A stretch of DNA of 55,132 bases from Candidatus Dadabacteria bacterium (GCA_007571325.1 RKRQ01000015.1:1-55132), one strand, 5' to 3'; numbered from the stretch's first letter, positions 19,655-28,865 are shown. A program made the numbers and translations. Notes: generated from the letters alone by a model not told the origin.

Positions 19655-20110
19655 ATGTCAAGGATATTTTCCACATCTGGGACAATATACAAACTGCTTG
19701 AGCAGGATATGGAACTGCAGATAGCGCTTTCACAAATCAGCTCTGGATGCGTGCCACATGCAACTGATGACGAATGCTTGATGATTTTCAAGGAAGAACC
19801 GGACAGAATAACCTCTGTCGTCGATACAAAAAAAATATCAACTCGTTTTTTTGCAGTGGAAAAAGAGGAATTTCCCTCAGTTGCCATGGAAATAAGGATA
19901 ACGACGAGTGGAGGTCTTGGGTTAAAATACGAGTATTTTTTTCTCACGGAATCTTCAGAGGAAACTTTTTTTCTTGCCACTCTAGAGAAACTGGGAGTCT
20001 ACTCCATTATTTTCCTCTGTGATGACACCAGGCACGCGGTTACGGTGGCTATGACCAGAACGGAGATGGACTCGCTTAAAGCTTTAGTTTGTGGAACCGA
20101 CACTGATTGA
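19655..20110 (+). CDS. hypothetical protein
   Basis: 151-aa ORF filling the gap before fabH; no recognised motif. Confidence 0.6.
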   Translation: MSRIFSTSGTIYKLLEQDMELQIALSQISSGCVPHATDDECLMIFKEEPDRITSVVDTKKISTRFFAVEKEEFPSVAMEIRITTSGGLGLKYEYFFLTESSEETFFLATLEKLGVYSIIFLCDDTRHAVTVAMTRTEMDSLKALVCGTDTD

Positions 20111-20135
20111 CAAACCTAGGGCTTTAAACTATTAT
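20107..20135 (+). promoter_or_regulatory. sigma-70 promoter of fabH
   Basis: TTGACA-17 bp-TATTAT. Confidence 0.7.
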
Positions 20136-20165
20136 TGCGCTAACGCTTCGGAGATAAATTCCAAA

Positions 20166-21143
20166 TTGAAGTACGCAAAAATCATAGGAACCGGTTCTTC
20201 GGTTCCCAAGACTGTGCTTTCCAATTCCGACTTGGAAAAAATGGTTGATACTTCCGATGAATGGATCACTTCCAGAACTGGAATAAAGGAGCGCAGAATC
20301 GCCGATGAAAATACCGCCGCTTCGGATGTAGCTTATAAAGCCGCCGAAAAAGCCCTGAAGGTCGCCTGTGTAAGTCCTCAGAATCTTGACGCGATCATAG
20401 TCGGAACCGTGACTCCGGATTTTGTTTTCCCATCAACCGCCTGTGTCTTACAAAGCCTTCTTGGAGCAAAAAAGGCCTATGCTTTCGACCTTATGGCCGG
20501 TTGCTCCGGGTTTCTATACACACTTCACGTCGCCGAGGGAATAATAAAGTCTGGCGGGGCAGAAAAAATCCTCGTAATAGGAGTGGACATACTTTCGAAA
20601 ATCACCGACTTTGAAGACCGCTCAACCTGCATACTTTTTGGCGATGGGGCAGGGGCCGCCGTGCTTACCGCCTCCGACAAACCGGGAATTCTCTCATCCA
20701 TTCTCAGTTCGGACGGAGACGATTGGGACCTTCTCTATGTTCCAGCAGGAGGCTCAAGAACGCCAATAGGCGAAGAGGTGCTTAAAAGCAGGGACCAATA
20801 CATAAAAATGAAGGGAAACGACGTGTTTAAAGTTGCGGTCAAGAGTATGGAGTCCGCAACCATAAACGCCTTGAATAAAGCCAATGTTTCCCCCGAAGAC
20901 ATAGATCTTTTCGTTCCGCATCAAGCGAACTACAGAATTCTCGAAGCCGTGAGAAAAAGGCTCAATTTCCCAGAGGAAAAAGTATTCGCGAACCTAGATA
21001 AATACGGAAACACCTCCGCGGCATCCGTTCCACTTGCCCTTGACGAAGCAGTTAACAAGGGAAGGATAAAAGAAGGAAATCTGGTACTGTTTGCGGCTTT
21101 CGGAGCCGGTTTCACTTGGGGTGCATCAGTTGTAAAGCTCTGA
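20166..21143 (+). CDS. fabH: beta-ketoacyl-ACP synthase III
   Basis: DTSDEWI, AGCSGF, FGDGAGA, PHQAN, GNTSAAS; TTG start downstream of the promoter. Confidence 0.95.
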   Translation: MKYAKIIGTGSSVPKTVLSNSDLEKMVDTSDEWITSRTGIKERRIADENTAASDVAYKAAEKALKVACVSPQNLDAIIVGTVTPDFVFPSTACVLQSLLGAKKAYAFDLMAGCSGFLYTLHVAEGIIKSGGAEKILVIGVDILSKITDFEDRSTCILFGDGAGAAVLTASDKPGILSSILSSDGDDWDLLYVPAGGSRTPIGEEVLKSRDQYIKMKGNDVFKVAVKSMESATINALNKANVSPEDIDLFVPHQANYRILEAVRKRLNFPEEKVFANLDKYGNTSAASVPLALDEAVNKGRIKEGNLVLFAAFGAGFTWGASVVKL

Positions 21144-21212
21144 AGGCTTCGCACGGAGCCGTGCCGGGTTTACCGAAAACACTCCTTCTTTTTTCACGAA
21201 AAAAAAGATGAT

Positions 21213-22097
21213 ATGACTCTTTCCTCAATCCCGCAGCTTGCAAATATTGTCCTGCCGGCATTTCTGGTAATCGCCGCGGGTTTTCTTTTCAGCAAAACTA
21301 AAAGAATAGATATTTCTTCAATAAACGACCTTGTGGTTTACGTAACAACGCCGTGTCTCATAATCTCTTCTCTCTCCAATTTCACAATGAATCCTTCTGT
21401 AACGGCGAAGCTGTTTATTTCGATATCGGCGGTCATTTTTTCCACCATTATAATCGGCGGATTGCTAACCAGGGCACTGCGCCTTGACTCGAGGATATAT
21501 ATTCCTCCCATGGTTTTCGCAAACACTGGAAACCTGGGTCTTCCACTTTGTCTTTTCGCATTTGGACAGTATGGGTTTAATATTGCAATACTCTGCGTTG
21601 TTTCTACCATGCTGCTGCATTATACGGTGGGAATTTTTATTCTAGGTTCCGGAAACCTCCGCGAAATTTTCAAGCTTCCTCTTATATATGCCACGGTAGC
21701 AGGAATAATCATCAATTCAGTCAGTTTTGATATTCCTGTCATTATTGACAGGCCTGTAGCTCTTCTAGGGCAAATCACTATACCTGCCATGCTTTTTTCT
21801 CTTGGGTACAAACTCTCCGAAATGAAGCTCTCGAAGCTCTGGCTCTCCTTTTTCTTCGGCTCCGCCCGGATATTTCTCGGTTTTATCTTGGGGGTGTTGG
21901 TCGTAAATATATTTGGCTTGAAGGGAGTTGAGGCGAAGGTAGTCATTCTCGAGTGCTCAATGCCGCCCGCAGTGTTTAACTTCGTACTTGCGGAAAAATA
22001 CCTAACGGACTCCGAAACGGTTGCTTCAATAATAGTGGCGGGAACGGTAGTTTCACTTGCGGTGCTACCTTTCGTAATTTCGTATCTAGTAAATTAG
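21213..22097 (+). CDS. AEC-family membrane transporter
   Basis: NTGNLGLP, MPPAVFNF motifs; about 10 TM segments. Confidence 0.85.
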   Translation: MTLSSIPQLANIVLPAFLVIAAGFLFSKTKRIDISSINDLVVYVTTPCLIISSLSNFTMNPSVTAKLFISISAVIFSTIIIGGLLTRALRLDSRIYIPPMVFANTGNLGLPLCLFAFGQYGFNIAILCVVSTMLLHYTVGIFILGSGNLREIFKLPLIYATVAGIIINSVSFDIPVIIDRPVALLGQITIPAMLFSLGYKLSEMKLSKLWLSFFFGSARIFLGFILGVLVVNIFGLKGVEAKVVILECSMPPAVFNFVLAEKYLTDSETVASIIVAGTVVSLAVLPFVISYLVN

Positions 22098-22112
22098 TAA
22101 GGGATGAATTGA

Positions 22113-22355
22113 TTAGCGTGTTATATCCCTAAGGGTAAGACCCTCTTCCCTCAGGTAGGGAAGAAGACCTTTTTTGGTGATTGTTCTGAGCGCACGGGTG
22201 GAAACTCTTATTTTCACATATCTGTCCATTTCCGGAATATATATTCTTTTCCAGTGCAGATTCGGATTCTGGCGCCTTTTAACGTGATTGTTCGCATGAG
22301 AGACGTTGTTTCCGAAAAGGGGTTTTTTCCCCGTTATAGCGCAGCGACGGGCCAT
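22113..22355 (-). CDS. rpmB: 50S ribosomal protein L28, form lacking the zinc ribbon
   Basis: CAITGKKP..GNNVSHANN..KRRQ.PNL; only one Cys. Confidence 0.95.
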   Translation of the reverse strand: MARRCAITGKKPLFGNNVSHANNHVKRRQNPNLHWKRIYIPEMDRYVKIRVSTRALRTITKKGLLPYLREEGLTLRDITR

Positions 22356-22368
22356 TATATCCTCTTAA

Positions 22369-22530
22369 CTACTTGGTCTCCTTAAAAACAACGTGTTTTC
22401 TTATTACCGGGTCATACTTTTTCAGTTCAAGACGGTCGGGGGTATTCATCTTATTTTTCTTAGTGTAATAAATGTAGGGACTCTCCGTACTCTTCATCTT
22501 GACAAGCACTCTGTTTAATGATTTTCCCAT
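22369..22530 (-). CDS. rpmG: 50S ribosomal protein L33, Cys-free form (not in ORF track)
   Basis: manual translation [53 protein letters not shown]; GGAGG SD. Confidence 0.93.
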   Translation of the reverse strand: MGKSLNRVLVKMKSTESPYIYYTKKNKMNTPDRLELKKYDPVIRKHVVFKETK

Positions 22531-22551
22531 TGAATCCCCTCCAAAAAAGTG

Positions 22552-22586
22552 AATGGTTATTATCCATTAAAAAAAAATGTTTTCAA
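22552..22586 (-). promoter_or_regulatory. rpmG promoter with overlapping palindromic operator candidate
   Basis: TTGAAA-16-GATAAT on the minus strand; palindrome AATGG-TTATTAT-CCATT (22552-22568) covers the -10. Confidence 0.5.
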
Positions 22587-22611
22587 GAAAAATTTTTTAG
22601 TTTCTCAGGAA

Positions 22612-22998
22612 TCAGTGCTCGCAGCCATCTTTTCTGCAGAGTCTGAAATTGCGCAGGTGGCCAGAAACCATGGTGAAAGCCCCTATGAGAGTAAGGACAG
22701 ATTCCCAATAGCCTTCAGAGGCAAAAGCTCCGACCAGAAGAAAACAAAGTCCCAACGCCCCCAGCATGATCACATTGAAATCCTTATGACGTCTACAGCC
22801 AAGAAATATGGCAATGACACTTGCGGGAATAACGAGCAGAAGCATCAGCTCGTGAAAAATTTCTTCGGATAAAAAAGTCAAACCCAAAACCGGGAACAAT
22901 ATGAGAGCTACGGGCGTCAAAAAACAGTGGACGGCGCAGATACCCACAAGAGACATAGAGGTGTAATCGGCAAATTTCTGAAGTTTTATCTGGTTCAT
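22612..22998 (-). CDS. MerC-domain membrane protein
   Basis: CAVHC in TM1, E.FH, G.RRH, C-terminal H.RNFRLC...CEH; four TMs. Confidence 0.85.
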   Translation of the reverse strand: MNQIKLQKFADYTSMSLVGICAVHCFLTPVALILFPVLGLTFLSEEIFHELMLLLVIPASVIAIFLGCRRHKDFNVIMLGALGLCFLLVGAFASEGYWESVLTLIGAFTMVSGHLRNFRLCRKDGCEH

Positions 22999-23031
22999 TA
23001 TGCTGTTAACCCGACTCTGCTGACAAATTCC

Positions 23032-23484
23032 TTAACAAACAGCCTGCTCTCTGCACTTCCCGCATTGACCAAAAAGCTGTATGGAATGGTCTTCTACGTA
23101 AAAACCCTGGCTTTCGGCCGAAGTATAATCCAAGCTCTTGATAGGACATTCAGGAAAATCGAAAACTCCCCTGCAAGCAAGGCATATCATGTGATGTACG
23201 TGCTCTCCTTGGGAAAATGTATAACCATAACCACCGTCGGGAAAATGAAGACGTTTCACAATTCCCAGATCCTCAAACATCTCAAGAGTTCTGTAGATAG
23301 TAGCAAGCCCCGTGGTACCAAGTATCTTCTTTACCCCATCGTGTATTTCACCGACCGAAAGTGATTTTTCACTCGTATGAAGAACATGTACGACAGCAAG
23401 ACGCTGCGCGGTGGATTTAAGCCCCTTTTTTCGCAGAATCTCTCTGGCATACAACTCATGTTCACATTCAAAGCCTCTTAGCAT
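23032..23484 (-). CDS. Fur-family metalloregulator (Zur-like by context)
   Basis: TAQR, GLATIYRTL, HVHHMICLAC, CGKC. Confidence 0.92.
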   Translation of the reverse strand: MLRGFECEHELYAREILRKKGLKSTAQRLAVVHVLHTSEKSLSVGEIHDGVKKILGTTGLATIYRTLEMFEDLGIVKRLHFPDGGYGYTFSQGEHVHHMICLACRGVFDFPECPIKSLDYTSAESQGFYVEDHSIQLFGQCGKCREQAVC

Positions 23485-23497
23485 GGTAAAAAATTAA

Positions 23498-23514
23498 ATG
23501 AGAATATTTTTCAA
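23498..23514. promoter_or_regulatory. Fur/Zur-type box upstream of the regulator (possible autoregulation)
   Basis: ATGAGAATATTTTTCAA, 2 mismatches to a WTGAAAATNATTTTCAW-type palindrome, 13 nt upstream of the start codon. Confidence 0.6.
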
Positions 23515-24042
23515 CTAAACTCTATTCTGATCAATATATTGTAAGACGTCAAGACAATGTAGATAAGGGATAACATACAAAAAATCGCAAATACATATAC
23601 ACAGAAGAAAAAAGCCTCTTTATACGACAGCTTACACATTTAGAAAAATCCGTGTGGTTTCCTGATTGCATGGCATTTGCTTTAAAAAATAAGCGTTCTC
23701 GCACAAATGCTGAAATATTTACAAGAGAATTTACATCAGTTCGTCAGGGGATTGCTTTTACGTATTGCTTCACTCGACCGGACAACTTAAAAGCAACACA
23801 TAGCTTTGAAAAGTATGGTTACATGTAAAATTTCCGTCGAAGTCGCTCTATATGTTAATAGATCATTAAAAATTCGTTAGATTTTTCTTAACTAGCTGAT
23901 ATCAAACACTTTTTTCTTGTCAACAAATTGTGAATAAATTTTTCCGATGTTCACAAAGCGTATTGTAACTCTCTTAAATTATTAGACTATTCAAAGCCCC
24001 CCCCCTGTTATATTTTACCATTTTACCGAATGTTCTGTTAAA

Positions 24043-24058
24043 TGTTTCACGTGAAACA
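24043..24058. promoter_or_regulatory. parS site
   Basis: exact TGTTTCACGTGAAACA consensus. Confidence 0.93.
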
Positions 24059-24070
24059 TCTCCTTCTCCT

Positions 24071-25465
24071 TTACTTTCCTATACAAAACCTGGAGAAAAT
24101 TCTGCCCAGAAGGTCCTCTGTAGTAACTTCCCCGGTGATTTCACCAAGTGAGTTCATGGAATTTCTCAATTCTATAGAGAGAATCTCTGGATATTCCTTT
24201 CGTTCAAGAAGTTTGAGGAAAGCACCGAGTTGACCGCGAGCTTTTTCCATGCATTTTTTATGGCGGAGGTTAGTAAGCACCAATTCTGATGCATCTACCC
24301 CAGAAGGCAAGTTCGCAAGGGTCTCAAACATGGCTTGTCTGAGCCGTTCCATACCTTTTTTTGTGAGAGCTGAGGTTTTTACCGGTTCTTTATCTCCGAG
24401 AATCTGTCGGACCTCTGATTGCTGCAGCTTTCCTTCAAGGTCCATTTTGTTGATTACGACAAGATAAATCTTCTTAGCGGCGGTTTCGAGGATTTTTCTG
24501 TCCAATGCATCCAGTTCGGTGCTTTGGTCCAAAACGACGAGTATGAATTCAGCTTCCTCCGCTTTTTTGAGAGAAAGCTCCACCCCGAGTCTCTCTACCT
24601 GGTCCTCCGTATCCCGTATACCGGCCGTATCCGTTACAACAAAGGGAATTCCATTAACGTTCAATCTTTCTTCAATAAAGTCTCTTGTAGTTCCGGCAAT
24701 TGGGCTTACTATAGCCCTTTGAGTTTCAAGGAGGCAGTTAAGTACGCTTGACTTCCCTACGTTAGGTTTGCCGAGGATTACCATTCTCACACCATCTCTG
24801 AACATTCTGCCGGTTTCATAACTCTCAATTAGTCTCGAAAGTTCTTTTTCCACCAATTCAGCCGCTTCTTTAAGACGATTTTGTGCAAGAGAATCTATAT
24901 CTTCTTCAGGGAAATCGAGATTCGCTTCTATTTCCGCTAGGCTGTCCAGAATTTTGTCCTTAAGCTCGTTGACTTTGGCTGAAAGGACCCCTTCGAGCTG
25001 AACTTCGGCATATCGGAGGCTTTGTTCCGTCTGAGCGGTTATTATGTCGGAAACCGCCTCAGCTTGGGCCAAGTCCATTTTTCCATTAAGAAACGCTCTT
25101 TGAGTGAATTCCCCCGGGGCGGCCAGAGCCGCTCCACAATTCATTAACATCTCAAGTATTTTTTTGGGAACAACATAGCCCCCGTGAGAGTGTATTTCGG
25201 CCATGTCTTCCCCTGTGTAGGTATAAGGGGAGGTCATAACGGCACAGAGAACTTCGTCTACTGTGTTACCAGTTTCAGGATCAATTATTTTTCCGAAACG
25301 AAGCTTTCTTTCAGAAAAAGCCGAATTTCCTACCGGAACAAATATTTTTCTTACAATTGCGTGGGATTGTCTGCCACTTATGCGTATTACCGCAACTCCT
25401 CCCTCTCCGGGAGGAGTTGAAATGGCGGTTATAGTGCTTTCGTACTTTGGCATAAGGGACGACAT
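24071..25465 (-). CDS. mnmE: tRNA modification GTPase MnmE
   Basis: AISTPPGEGGVAVIRISG, GEFTQRAFLNGK, GKPNVGKSS, GTTRD, DTAG, FCIGK. Confidence 0.97.
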   Translation of the reverse strand: MSSLMPKYESTITAISTPPGEGGVAVIRISGRQSHAIVRKIFVPVGNSAFSERKLRFGKIIDPETGNTVDEVLCAVMTSPYTYTGEDMAEIHSHGGYVVPKKILEMLMNCGAALAAPGEFTQRAFLNGKMDLAQAEAVSDIITAQTEQSLRYAEVQLEGVLSAKVNELKDKILDSLAEIEANLDFPEEDIDSLAQNRLKEAAELVEKELSRLIESYETGRMFRDGVRMVILGKPNVGKSSVLNCLLETQRAIVSPIAGTTRDFIEERLNVNGIPFVVTDTAGIRDTEDQVERLGVELSLKKAEEAEFILVVLDQSTELDALDRKILETAAKKIYLVVINKMDLEGKLQQSEVRQILGDKEPVKTSALTKKGMERLRQAMFETLANLPSGVDASELVLTNLRHKKCMEKARGQLGAFLKLLERKEYPEILSIELRNSMNSLGEITGEVTTEDLLGRIFSRFCIGK

Positions 25466-25517
25466 GAAACAGAATCTACCATATAAAGCTGAGTTGAGTC
25501 AGGGGAAAAACAAAAAA

Positions 25518-25547
25518 CCCTGAATGTTTCACGTGAAACATTCAGGG
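25518..25547 (-). terminator. 30-bp perfect palindrome containing parS; likely terminator of the AhpD-like gene
   Basis: CCCTGAATGTTTCACGTGAAACATTCAGGG followed on the minus strand by TTTTTTGTTTTT. Confidence 0.65.
25525..25540. promoter_or_regulatory. parS site
   Basis: exact TGTTTCACGTGAAACA consensus. Confidence 0.93.
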
Positions 25548-25589
25548 AAAACTAGGTAGGGAAGTGCTAAAGAAACGAAACTGTCAAAC

Positions 25590-26285
25590 TTACTTCTGAA
25601 GGCTCTTAAGCGTATCCATGGCGATGCTTGTATGTGCATAACAGGAGCCGGCAGTCATTACCATAGCGACATTTATAGCTTCAGCCATCTGCTCCGCGGT
25701 TACACCACCAGCACGCGCATCTTTCACGCATCCCCTTATACAATAGGGACATTTCGTCGCGTGCGCGCAGGCAAGTCCTATTATTCCCCTTTTCATTTTT
25801 TTACTTAAAGCTCCATCGGCAAAAACCTTCTTATGAAGCTCCATGAAAGGTGGAGATATATCGCCACTGCATTCCCTAAAACTGGCAATTTCTTTCGCTA
25901 TGTCTTTTTTGAAAAAATGTCCCTCGGTAAGTGGAATGTCATTTTCCAAGGTGTCCCAAGCCTCAAAAGCTAAGCTCGAAAACGCGTAAGGCGCTCCCAT
26001 GGCGAGCCTTAGTCCTACATATATCGATTCGACTATTTCCTGGTCTGTCGCTCCGTGTTTCTTGCTTGCACGAACTCTTGACCTTATGCAATAGGGACAA
26101 GCCGTAATATGCGCTACGGCTACTGCTATAAGCTGTTTTTCCTTCGCGGTAAGGGCTCCGTCGGTAAATACTGAATCGTGATAAGCCATCCACGCATCGT
26201 AAAGATCTGGGTTCTGCTCTCTAAGATAAGCTATATCCCCGCCTATATCGGCCTTCATTATAGTATCAGACATATCAGTTGCCAA
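25590..26285 (-). CDS. tandem-domain CMD/AhpD-family protein
   Basis: two repeats of VF.DGAL...K.....A.AH...CPYCIR. Confidence 0.85.
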   Translation of the reverse strand: MATDMSDTIMKADIGGDIAYLREQNPDLYDAWMAYHDSVFTDGALTAKEKQLIAVAVAHITACPYCIRSRVRASKKHGATDQEIVESIYVGLRLAMGAPYAFSSLAFEAWDTLENDIPLTEGHFFKKDIAKEIASFRECSGDISPPFMELHKKVFADGALSKKMKRGIIGLACAHATKCPYCIRGCVKDARAGGVTAEQMAEAINVAMVMTAGSCYAHTSIAMDTLKSLQK

Positions 26286-26465
26286 TTTCCTCCATTATTA
26301 ATTTCTTGCCTATTAAAAAACCTGCTTGAGAAAAGCTCAAAATCCTATAACTCCCGCAATTAACTTAACCGCTTGAAACTAGAGAATCAATAGAATGGGA
26401 TACCGATGGAAACAAGCTTTGCACATATCTTTTCCCGAAAAGTTAAAAACGGATTTTAAAAGTGA

Positions 26466-27587
26466 TTAGAGAGCTATACGAAACGGTCCGTCCTCATAAA
26501 ATTCCAGAAGCTCTTCGTCAGACAACCCTTTTGCCTGAAGCAGTGCTTTGAATTTAGTTCCCATGAATTCAGGCATAAAAAGGGTTTTGGCGGCAAGACG
26601 GTCTTTTTGATCTTGCGGTTTGTCGTACATTCGAAAAATCTCAAGGATTCCCCAGTCAATGAGAAACTGCCCCTGAGTCGTATACTTGACGGTAGCAAGA
26701 TTTAAGGCATCTCCAATCCTTATAAGTTCGGAAAAATTAACGTCAGCAGTTATATCCTGCTCACCAACTCTTATATAGGGATTAGAACTGAGTTTGTGGC
26801 GGTAAAAACATCTCCAGGTACCTTTTCGCTTTTCGGGCGAGTAGAGTTCTGAAGCCAAGGAACCATAATCAATAGTTAAAACAAACCCTTTTTGAAGCGA
26901 TTTTTCCACCTCAACAAGCCATTTTTCAGCAAGTAGGCAGGCCTCAGCTTCCCGGCCTTCCATATATTGACCCAAGTACCGTTTCGAAAATTGACATAAA
27001 GCTTCTGTCTGAAGGTCCCGCAGAACCTCTTCGATTTCACCATCTCGAAGGGAAAGAAAAATTTCCCGAATTTCTCCACCATCTGATTTCAGCCGATGAA
27101 AAGGCAAAGAATCGAGAAACTCGTTTGCTATTACCACTCCGCAGAAACCACCGTCTTCTATTTTTTTCAAGTCATTAGTCCACCAAACTTTTTCACAGTG
27201 CTCTGCGAGTTTTTCTCTCGCCGCTCGGGTAGCTACGGGGCTTATTTCACTTATTATGTACTCGGTTCTCGCGTAAAGTTCTGGGTGGTTTTCACAAAGA
27301 ACCGTAAGTATGTCCAAGGCAAGTTGACCATCCGAGGCTCCAAATTCCACTACCGCAAATTTTTCGCTTTCAAGTAGAAGAGACGCCTTGACAAGCAACC
27401 GTGAGATGGTTTCCCCGAAAGAACGGTGGGCCGATGGGGCTGTGTAAAAATCACCTGTCTTTCCGATTCTTGCTTTTCCCGAGCAGTAATAACCATACTC
27501 TGGATGAAAAAGGGAAAGCTCAACAAACCTCTGGAAAGAAATCAAGCCGGATTTCTCTATCTCTTTCTTTACGATTTCTAAAATCAT
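26466..27587 (-). CDS. MidA/NDUFAF7-family SAM-dependent methyltransferase
   Basis: YGYY, GDFYTAP, EFGAS.G, NEFLDSLP, IDYG, GEQDITADVNF. Confidence 0.9.
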   Translation of the reverse strand: MILEIVKKEIEKSGLISFQRFVELSLFHPEYGYYCSGKARIGKTGDFYTAPSAHRSFGETISRLLVKASLLLESEKFAVVEFGASDGQLALDILTVLCENHPELYARTEYIISEISPVATRAAREKLAEHCEKVWWTNDLKKIEDGGFCGVVIANEFLDSLPFHRLKSDGGEIREIFLSLRDGEIEEVLRDLQTEALCQFSKRYLGQYMEGREAEACLLAEKWLVEVEKSLQKGFVLTIDYGSLASELYSPEKRKGTWRCFYRHKLSSNPYIRVGEQDITADVNFSELIRIGDALNLATVKYTTQGQFLIDWGILEIFRMYDKPQDQKDRLAAKTLFMPEFMGTKFKALLQAKGLSDEELLEFYEDGPFRIAL

Positions 27588-28028
27588 AAGTTTTTTCTCT
27601 GTCACAGAAAATAACAGCACCCAGATTAAATTACACAGATCCGACAGGTTTTAAAAACGGGTTAAACCCTCCCCAAATAGCCTTAAAAACAAGGGTGAAG
27701 AAACTCTTCCATGAGTATAAAAACGATATTCGCACTAAATGAACATTTCACAGAACGCGAAAAAAGTCTTCTGGTGGGTTGAAAAATTATCAAGTAATAT
27801 CAGGTACTTACATCCTTAGAATTGCAACCGAGCTAAATATTAAACAATTTATCAACAGCAAAAATCGTTTAATTTCAAGTAATTACGAAACAACGAACTT
27901 TCCTGGCGGTTCACATATACGCTATAAAACCGCCATCGTCGCCGCAAACAAATGGCTGTGTTAATTATGACTGAAAATTCAAGTTGAATCGCACCAGAAA
28001 AACACTCGGTGCGCGCGCAGCCCCTAGG

Positions 28029-28865
28029 TCAGCCATTTGAGAATCTTTTGCCAATGCTGGCAAAAGCATTATGGCTGTGGATGCTTTCGTAGTTAAGAAC
28101 TCTGAGTTCATAAGACTCAAATTTGGTATTGCCTTGGAGTTCCGAGGCTATATTTCTCACCACATCCTCGACAAAGCACGGTTTGTTATAGGCGCTCATT
28201 GTAACATGGCGCTCGTCTTCTCTTTTTAAAAGAGGGTAAAGAGGAGAGGACGCTCCTCTTTCTGCAATCTCTATAATTTCCTCAAGACAGATGTCTATCG
28301 GTTCGCTTTCCTCTTTTTTTTCGTGGGTTATGTTTACAAAAACCTTGGAACGCTGATTGTGGGCTCCGTAATCACTTATCTCCTTGCTGCAGGGACATAG
28401 AGTCTTGACCGGAACTACCACGCCTTGAGTGAGATTTATACCTTCTGGGCGCATTTCACCGTGGTATGTGCATCTATAGGGCTGGGGGGATATTTTGCCG
28501 CTTACAGGAGCATATCGATTGAAAAAGTAGTCAAATTCTATCTTAACATCGGAATCCTGCGAGTCCTGCCTTTCACAAAGAGCGGTCAGAAAAGAAGCCA
28601 TTCTCCCCAAAGAAAAGGACCCGTTAAAATCAAGAGCTGTCTCAAGCAATCGGCTCATATGAATTCCCTTTTGTTCGGAACGCAGGTTAACGCTCAGATT
28701 AAGAGAAGCCTGGACATTCTGGTCTTTCCGCGGGTCAATCTCGCAACCTTTTATCTTAAGCGGAATCTTAAGGTCGCAGACTCCTACCCTGTCTATGGAT
28801 ATATTCCTATAATCCTTTCTCGCCTGTATGTCTTCAATCGGTTTTTCTTCCAATTTCATTTTCAA
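28029..28865 (-). CDS. folE2: GTP cyclohydrolase I type B
   Basis: KGIHMSR, TLCPCSKEIS..GAHNQRS, LKREDE, FVEDVVR, ESIHSHNA. Confidence 0.95.
   Translation of the reverse strand: MKMKLEEKPIEDIQARKDYRNISIDRVGVCDLKIPLKIKGCEIDPRKDQNVQASLNLSVNLRSEQKGIHMSRLLETALDFNGSFSLGRMASFLTALCERQDSQDSDVKIEFDYFFNRYAPVSGKISPQPYRCTYHGEMRPEGINLTQGVVVPVKTLCPCSKEISDYGAHNQRSKVFVNITHEKKEESEPIDICLEEIIEIAERGASSPLYPLLKREDERHVTMSAYNKPCFVEDVVRNIASELQGNTKFESYELRVLNYESIHSHNAFASIGKRFSNG

Noticed and set aside
22612-22998. Mercury resistance locus
   Set aside because: No merA, merR, merT or merP; the context points to zinc homeostasis.
24042-24233. ORF beginning MFHVKH
   Set aside because: MFHVKH is just the translation of the parS palindrome; the rest is antisense to mnmE.
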